Source: Picochlorum sp. SENEW3 (Eukaryota). Taken from it: a stretch of DNA of 64,000 nucleotides. Below, piece by piece: positions 57,501 through 64,000 of the stretch. The stretch spans positions 496,001 to 560,000 of the forward strand of contig CP120462.1 of the NCBI GenBank assembly GCA_034226945.1. Reading direction: 5' to 3'. Positions within the stretch are counted from its first letter, which is position 1. Each line of letters starts with the position of its first letter. The translations under genes and the position numbers were made by a program. The notes below the pieces were generated by a model that did not search any database, had not been told where the DNA came from, and saw nothing but the letters and a program-made list of their open reading frames with translations.

Positions 57501-60500
57501 TCGCGGGTCAAGGACTGAAGATGCCAACCATTCCACAATCGAATCAAACATGGACTCTGGAATAAGATTAGATTCAAGCTGGCGACTTATCTCAAACAAA
57601 TCTATGACCATGTGTGCGCAATATATCCTTTGATTGCTTGTACTGTATTCTTCTCCTGTTAGTCTAAATGCTAGGCTGACTATTGTATTAGCTAAAGACT
57701 CCATGCACACCAATGCATACTGTTTCTCACCATGGCCTAAGATGTTCTGATAAGTGCGCTGAACGAGCTCATGTGAAATATTTAAAACAGTTTGGAAAAT
57801 CTCTGGCTTCAACAAAAGACTGCTATCATCTTGATCGTATGTGTATGTGCCATTCTCCACTTGCGAAAATTGAAGCTGCAGTATGTGCTCAGCAGCATCC
57901 AATGGGCTTTGCCTCAGCAGGTGAGCAACACATTGTGCCTCTAGCGAGGCAGAATATGCTCTTACCGCTAGAGGCATATATAGATTATTCAATATAAAGT
58001 ATTCCACGAAAGTCCGCGTGTTTTGTAAACTCTCTACCGGATGCCAAGCGCAGAAATATTCACAAGCCTGCAAATACCAGTGGATCATGGGGGCAGCCTT
58101 GGTTGCCGACCCACTTTTCTTTGTCAGGATAGACCTGCAATCAATAATTATATGGCATTATCTGCATCAATCTTTTGGATCAACGTTATGGCAAATACAT
58201 ACAGGTTTGATGAGTTTCGGGCTTCAAGAACGGATGTCGTTCCACCCACAGGCTGTGAGTCAAGAGCAATGTCCTGAAACTCAGGAATTCTCATACTGCA
58301 GTTTAGTGCAGTATGTAACGAAGGAAGCACGCTCAAACAAGTTTTTATTCCTTCATGATACTCGCAGTATTTCTCGCTAGCCAATCCTGATAGCCTATCT
58401 GCAAAAGTCAGCATGTTGGTGACTTGCTCTTCCTGCAGCGAAGAATTACTACGTATCCACATATCAATAATGCCCATGCATTCAGACACGCATTTGTTCA
58501 GCAGCTCAAAATACTCTGATAAACCTTTCCAGCAAGTATAATTCCCAGCAATTTTGCCGACATGCCATAACACACGAATCCCTGTTGTTGTTGTGTTGAA
58601 AATCCTGGGAATATCTTTGGTTTCCAAGGCATCCTTGAATTTCTGTGTAAGATTTGAAGCAAGGTATATATTCAAATCAAGAATGCTCCTGATATTATAT
58701 GCTCTGTGTCTAGCGCTTTTTACGACAGGATTCGCATCACGAATGCTGAAAAGAGACCATGGTTGAACTTCAACATACAAATAAAAAATGTCAATAAAGC
58801 AGATCATAAGTACACTATACCTGTTTAAAACTCACCTGGAGGCAAAGCTTCTATTGATTTATGAATTGAGTCTTTGTTCCACCAAATGCATGTTTCCCCA
58901 TACGTGCAACCCTCGTTGCCAGCAATATTGTCCCCATCTTGGACCCCACCATACAACACGACACACAGTGAGGAGGCTATTGCAGCACTAGGCACGCACA
59001 GCATCAATGACTCACAAATCCAATCTATAAAGACCTTATTTTCAGCCAGCGAGTGAGACGAGAAACGTTTATGTCTCACGATGCAGTCAAACAAGGTCAA
59101 TGAAAGAGCAGATGGTGCCTCAGACACTAACTCCTTTTCAAACGTCTCTGGATCCAAGAACGCAATGATCTCATGGAATTTGGGTAAAGATGTAATGATT
59201 ATAATCTTAACCAGATCTTTTGTAATCGGATAGCTCGAAAGCACGTTATACTGTTGAATCATGAGTGACACCAGTGAACCAAGGGTCCTGCAGTCCATAC
59301 TCCCAATATCATCCCTCTGGACTGCAACGGCAGCCAGCGCGTACACTAATCTCATCATCCAAACCACTTCTGCACACGTACGATAATATAATGAGGACGG
59401 AAGGGTAGGCAACCAGTCAAATCGAGCGCGCCACCGTACCTGGCTTTACACTGCCCGCGACAAAAGAATGTCGTAACATTGATTCTGTCGCAATGCAAGC
59501 CTTCGAGCAAAACTCTACTAGATCTTCTTTCTCTACATACATTCCATGCCTTAAAATAAATTCACAGGCAATAGGACCTAATGTAGTCGGGTAAGCCACA
59601 GTATCAGCAATCAAAGAACCATATCGGTTGGTTCCTCGTAACCCTTGCTCACCCGACTTGACCCCATCGCCTGAGATATGCACCTTATTTCTGTACACTG
59701 CAATCTCAATCTCACTCAGCAAAGATACCAAAAGTGACTGGTAGGAATTAAACATGTATTCATTGCTCTCAGGACTCCTTTGCCACGAAGCTTCTAAATC
59801 ACAACGTTGGTACCACTCGAGCAAATCCATGATTTGGTCCTGTTCCAAAAGATCCAAACTCATTGCGGCAAAGAAATACTGCATACCAACTTCTCTACCG
59901 TCAAGATTACCTCCACGTATCAGTAACATACATGCGTGGTGAAACCTTCGACACACGTGTTGAAACTCGCTGGCATAGTCCCCACATGAATCCACCATGC
60001 AGCAGACACACAGCCCAACCACTTCATTCACAATCCTCGGTGTCCATGAATGCAGATCCACACCATCACCAAAAGCTCGAAAAATTTTGCACAGAGATTC
60101 CATCAAGACTGCATCAATATCGTATTTCATATGCTGGAGAACCGTCCGAACCATGGTCAAATCCTTTGCCACAAAGCTGCCAGCAGCATTGTCATCAAGA
60201 GCAGCTGAGGCTTTGCTCGCAATCGTTGATGCCAAAGGCAATAATGTCCTTTTAAAATCCTTGTATTCCATCATGGTCGTATATTCACCATTCTCCAGTA
60301 AAAATTTCATCGTCATAGCGTAATCATTATATACTTGACTCTTCTTACGAAATGGATGGGTCTTTTCCATTACCATGGACAGATGCTCCATGAGAATTTC
60401 GGCGCACGGCTCTAGTACATTCACATATGCTACAACTCAAACAAAAAAGTACATTAAAATCTGTCCATACATGTCAAGGGTGCCATCAATCACGCACAGG

Positions 60501-61054
60501 TCCTCCTCTTTGATGTGGCTTTGTTCACAATGTGTCTCACAACCCGAGACATTGTAGCATCTGGGACCTGTCCTTTCTTGAGGGATTTCTCCACCCCAAA
60601 CTCCACAATTTCCATGATATATGACAAAATAGACTTCCATGACGCATCTGCAACACAATGTAATGCATTAACGTGATCCCACCAGTCACTATCAATAGAA
60701 GCAGAATAGACCGTACATTCACATGCAAACGCATCCTCTTGCCTATCAGGCGCCACACCAAGGGTCAAGGCATCAATGATGATCAAGTTGGATTCGACAG
60801 CCAGGACCCTCTCCAATCGACTGACCCCATCCTGCATAGTACACAACGATGATGCAGTTGGGTTGAGTTCAAAAGGCCGTTGCGAGATATTTTTCATGTG
60901 CTTTCAAACATTAGAGGCACAAACCCAACACGGCCATTAAGATCTCCAATATATACCATACCTTCCGTATCGTTACCCTTTTATCCTGAATCAGGTCTCG
61001 AATCTGTTTTAACTCGTGAGCAAGGCTCTCAATCTTCTGCCGGGTTGCGGACAT
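51539..61054 (-). CDS. ATM: ATM/Tel1 PIKK kinase, multi-exon (internal exon boundaries only partly resolved)
   Basis: Kinase motifs GGINKPK, DDLRQDAVMQQ, GLGDRH.SNIL, HIDLGIAFEQG and VPFRLTR. Spliced FATC exon VEGQVQYLLQEATDDANLCRMWRGWMAFI*. TAN-like first exon 61054-60962. Consecutive minus-strand ORFs lie between. Confidence 0.92.
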
Positions 61055-61391
61055 GGTCGCACCGTGTCCAGCTCTCGACCGTATCTCATATACAGATCCC
61101 TATCTAAGAATTTTCAGTCTAAATTACGAGTGGATCATCGGATGAATTGGGCTCTCTCAAAACGGACATGTACAGTTCTATTCTTCTATTTACGGAATTC
61201 TTTTTGGATTTCTCTCAGTTTCACAGATACTGTTGGTTGATGGATGAACTCCTCGTGGCTAATTGCCCTTTTTTCTTAAATATACTATGGTCTATCTTGC
61301 CATTCTGTGTTCCAGGACCATGATCGTTGCGTAACATAGAGAACTGCAACGTTTGTGCACGTTTTCAACTTTGAAAGAAAAAGATCGATGG

Positions 61392-62399
61392 ATGATGATC
61401 CGCGTGGTTCAATCTCGTCTACATAGTAACACGCATTCAGTGATTAAGAAAAAGGCTGCGGTAGTACAGGCCATGTCAACGGGGGGTGACACAGGTTCTT
61501 CTTCCCTCTGGAGGGATATCTGTTCCACCTATGACCAAGCTCAAGAAAAAGGTGCTTCTAGATTTACAGAGACAAGAACAGAAATCTATCAAGATGAGTC
61601 ATTCAACTACATTTTGAAAATTGCGCGGAATTTGCGAGACAAGCCTAAAGCAAAGACGAAAGAGAAGGATTGGAAGAATCCCTTTCTTCCTCCTGATCAA
61701 GACCTGTTTGTGTGTCAGCTGTCTGACACGCACAGTCTTGTATTAAATAAATTTAATATCACTCCCCATCATGTTATTATTATCACGAATGAATTCGTAG
61801 AGCAAGAGGAGCCGTTGACGCGGGAGGATATTGCTGCAACATGGGAGGTTGTTCAGGGTATGCCTGGTCCAGGAGGGATGGCCTTTTTCAACTGTGGGAA
61901 TATTTCTGGAGCGAGTCAGCCGCACAAGCATATTCAGTGTGTACCGATGCCATTGGCATATATGGATGATTCGGTTCCGGTAGAGCCACCCTTTGAATCT
62001 GTGATTTGTCAGAGTCTTGAGAAGAGTTGTGCAACCGATGGGAGCGTGATGGAGGTGGAGAAACTGCCATTCATTCATGGAATCGTAGCCATTCATCCCC
62101 ATATGACTATAGACGATATACACAAGGCGTATGTTGATATTCTAGCAACGTTGAAAACACGGTTAGAAGGGCGTGGCTGGGATGGAGATGTAGGAGATTC
62201 ATACAATCTGATTCTCACTCAAAAATACATCATGATTGCACCACGCAGCCGGGAGTATATCGAGTCTGTAAGCTGTAATTCCATGGGATTTGCGGGTAGT
62301 TTCTTTCTGGCTCGACAAGAAGAGATTGATGAGATGAAGCGACTCGGACCGACCCATGTTCTCTCCCAGCTAGGATTTTCAAAAAAGATTCCCATCTAA
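61392..62399 (+). CDS. ATP adenylyltransferase / Ap4A phosphorylase (APA2-like, HIT superfamily)
   Basis: NPFLP, LNKFNI..HH.II.T, FFNCG..SGASQPHKHIQ and NSMGFAG. Confidence 0.9.
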   Translation: MMIRVVQSRLHSNTHSVIKKKAAVVQAMSTGGDTGSSSLWRDICSTYDQAQEKGASRFTETRTEIYQDESFNYILKIARNLRDKPKAKTKEKDWKNPFLPPDQDLFVCQLSDTHSLVLNKFNITPHHVIIITNEFVEQEEPLTREDIAATWEVVQGMPGPGGMAFFNCGNISGASQPHKHIQCVPMPLAYMDDSVPVEPPFESVICQSLEKSCATDGSVMEVEKLPFIHGIVAIHPHMTIDDIHKAYVDILATLKTRLEGRGWDGDVGDSYNLILTQKYIMIAPRSREYIESVSCNSMGFAGSFFLARQEEIDEMKRLGPTHVLSQLGFSKKIPI

Positions 62400-62560
62400 G
62401 GGGAAAGAAGACAGTCTTGCCTATTGATTGATTGATGGGCGCAATTGCTGGATCGCTTATTTATATCTGCGTACTCATATAAAATATATTGAATTGAATC
62501 ACCGATCAATTTATCGAAAAATCTGCCACAAAAGACTCCATCTTTGCCTGGGATCGTATC

Positions 62561-63412
62561 ATGTTGGTCCAGAACATTATGTGTGGCGCGGCCCTTATTA
62601 TGCTTTGTTTTTTCAGGGTTTCTTCCGCGAGAGATCTTCTCCACAACTCAGAAGGAAGGTACCCAAAAATTATACCGTACGATGACAAGAACAGTAAGCG
62701 GTTCTGCACCTTTGGGTGCTCCCGTGAGTATCATGTGGAAGGTGGATCAGGGTATTCCTACTGGGGCAGAATCGACAAGTTGTATCCAGTCATCACAGAT
62801 TTGAGTCGGCAAGCAGCGAAAGAGTTCTTGAAAGGAAAGAAAGGGGACATGGAGAAGCCCATGGACTCGAATGATCCAGTAATCAAAGCTTGCAACCCAA
62901 AGACTCAGGATGTATTGAACAGTATTGTTGTGAGAAATGCATGTGGAAGCATTGGTGGGGAAGGAAATGACGATGATTTCATCGACCAGATTTTGATTCA
63001 ATTCACCATCGATGTCCCCTGCAGTAAAAAAACAATGGCAAAACTGGAGAAGCAAGGGATCACATATCCTGAAACTGCAGATGGCTTTTTGGTTCCTTTG
63101 AAAGCATTCACATCACAACTCGAGCCAAGAGGCAAGAGTAAGACAAATCTTTCCTTTGTACGAGTCAACCCAGACTTTTCACCAGGAGAAGTGGTTGGCC
63201 TTCCAGATACCAAGGATGGATTCCCAGATCTGAAGGGTAAAGAAGAAGACTTGGGCTGGTTCTGCAAATGTCCATATGGCAAAAGTGGCAAAACTACACG
63301 ATCATGCACCTTTATCAAATCCCTTGAAGGGTACAAGTGCGGCGACAAATCAACTCCAGACAGTCAATTGGCGTACAAAAATAATGAAATTCTTGGAAAA
63401 TGCGGTGACTAA
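62561..63412 (+). CDS. Secreted Cys-containing protein of unknown function
   Basis: 283-aa ORF with signal peptide (..AALIMLCFFRVSSA|RDLL) and about 10 Cys in the mature region. Family not recognised. Confidence 0.7.
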   Translation: MLVQNIMCGAALIMLCFFRVSSARDLLHNSEGRYPKIIPYDDKNSKRFCTFGCSREYHVEGGSGYSYWGRIDKLYPVITDLSRQAAKEFLKGKKGDMEKPMDSNDPVIKACNPKTQDVLNSIVVRNACGSIGGEGNDDDFIDQILIQFTIDVPCSKKTMAKLEKQGITYPETADGFLVPLKAFTSQLEPRGKSKTNLSFVRVNPDFSPGEVVGLPDTKDGFPDLKGKEEDLGWFCKCPYGKSGKTTRSCTFIKSLEGYKCGDKSTPDSQLAYKNNEILGKCGD

Positions 63413-63642
63413 ACATCCCTCGAGTGACTTCAGTGGACATGACAAGAAGAATTATTGCATGTTTTCAGAGTAGAACTCTGTAACACAGTCTTTTGACATA
63501 CAATATGCGTGGACATTGCAGAATTCCATATCACTTCATTTCTTCTCACTCAATAAAAGAAGAATTTTCTTTCCAGATGGTTTTTCGAAATAAAAACTTT
63601 ACAGACAAATAACACAGCATACTCCAAGATATATATGTACAT

Positions 63643-64000
63643 TTATACAAAACCACCCGCTTTTCTCCCAAATGCCTTCTTCTTGCACTGATTACAGGAC
63701 TTGGGGCATGCTGACCTCATAAATTCTGGGTTCTTGTCACACTCGCCAATAGTAGCCCATTCTTCACAATTATCATCAGTATCAACACAATCCATCTTTG
63801 AAGACACCTTCACCCCACCACCTACATGAAACGGACCCACATGTATCCACTTTGTAGCACTGTACTTCTCTCCCTTCAACGTAGGACAGCTTCCATGCGT
63901 ACTGCGCACATCCCCCTTCCCGTCAGGCTTGAGAGAGTAAAAGAAGAGCGCATTGCCCCTCTTCGCCTTGACAGCCAACCCCTTCTTGGCACATTCAGAC
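63643..64000 (-). CDS. Prolyl 4-hydroxylase with C-terminal ShKT domain (3' part; truncated by window end)
   Basis: G.ALFFYSL.PDG..D..S.HGSCP..GEKYSATKWIH, then CVD.DDNCEEWA..GEC.KNP.FM...C.KSC..C. Confidence 0.93.
   Translation of the reverse strand, partial: SECAKKGLAVKAKRGNALFFYSLKPDGKGDVRSTHGSCPTLKGEKYSATKWIHVGPFHVGGGVKVSSKMDCVDTDDNCEEWATIGECDKNPEFMRSACPKSCNQCKKKAFGRKAGGFV

Overview
Eukaryotic nuclear DNA from a very compact green-algal genome. Short GT-AG introns (mostly 60-110 nt, donors GTACGT/GTATGT), tiny intergenic gaps and LHCB5/LHCB7 point to a trebouxiophyte, probably Picochlorum-like (inference). About 30 genes can be supported. Most are housekeeping: TSSC4-like, POLD2, RAD21, LHCB5, [FeFe]-hydrogenase, two PIN-like carriers, AHA1, glutaredoxin, PYRR, importin-9, Toc64, GYF protein, TBCB, legumain, LHCB7, FGGY kinase, BEACH, UPF2, BUD31-like, ATM, Ap4A phosphorylase and prolyl 4-hydroxylase. 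Two regions stand out. (1) An accessory island at about 2.85-10.2 kb between POLD2 and RAD21. It holds three small secreted Cys-rich genes that share an upstream region/5'-UTR intron/signal-peptide module but differ in their mature domains, two of them in a 2.1-kb palindrome. It also holds a second, unrecognised secreted family (two paralogues) and a phosphatase pseudogene. Its junctions are chains of 10-20 bp perfect palindromes, suggesting hairpin or fold-back mediated rearrangement. (2) A four-exon gene of 1493 aa (38562-43248, minus strand) fuses an intact BcsA-like processive GT2 glucan synthase to a probably extracellular, catalytically degenerate GH9 domain with an SDPFG repeat insert. 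All splice models were derived by eye and checked for frame. No database searches were run.
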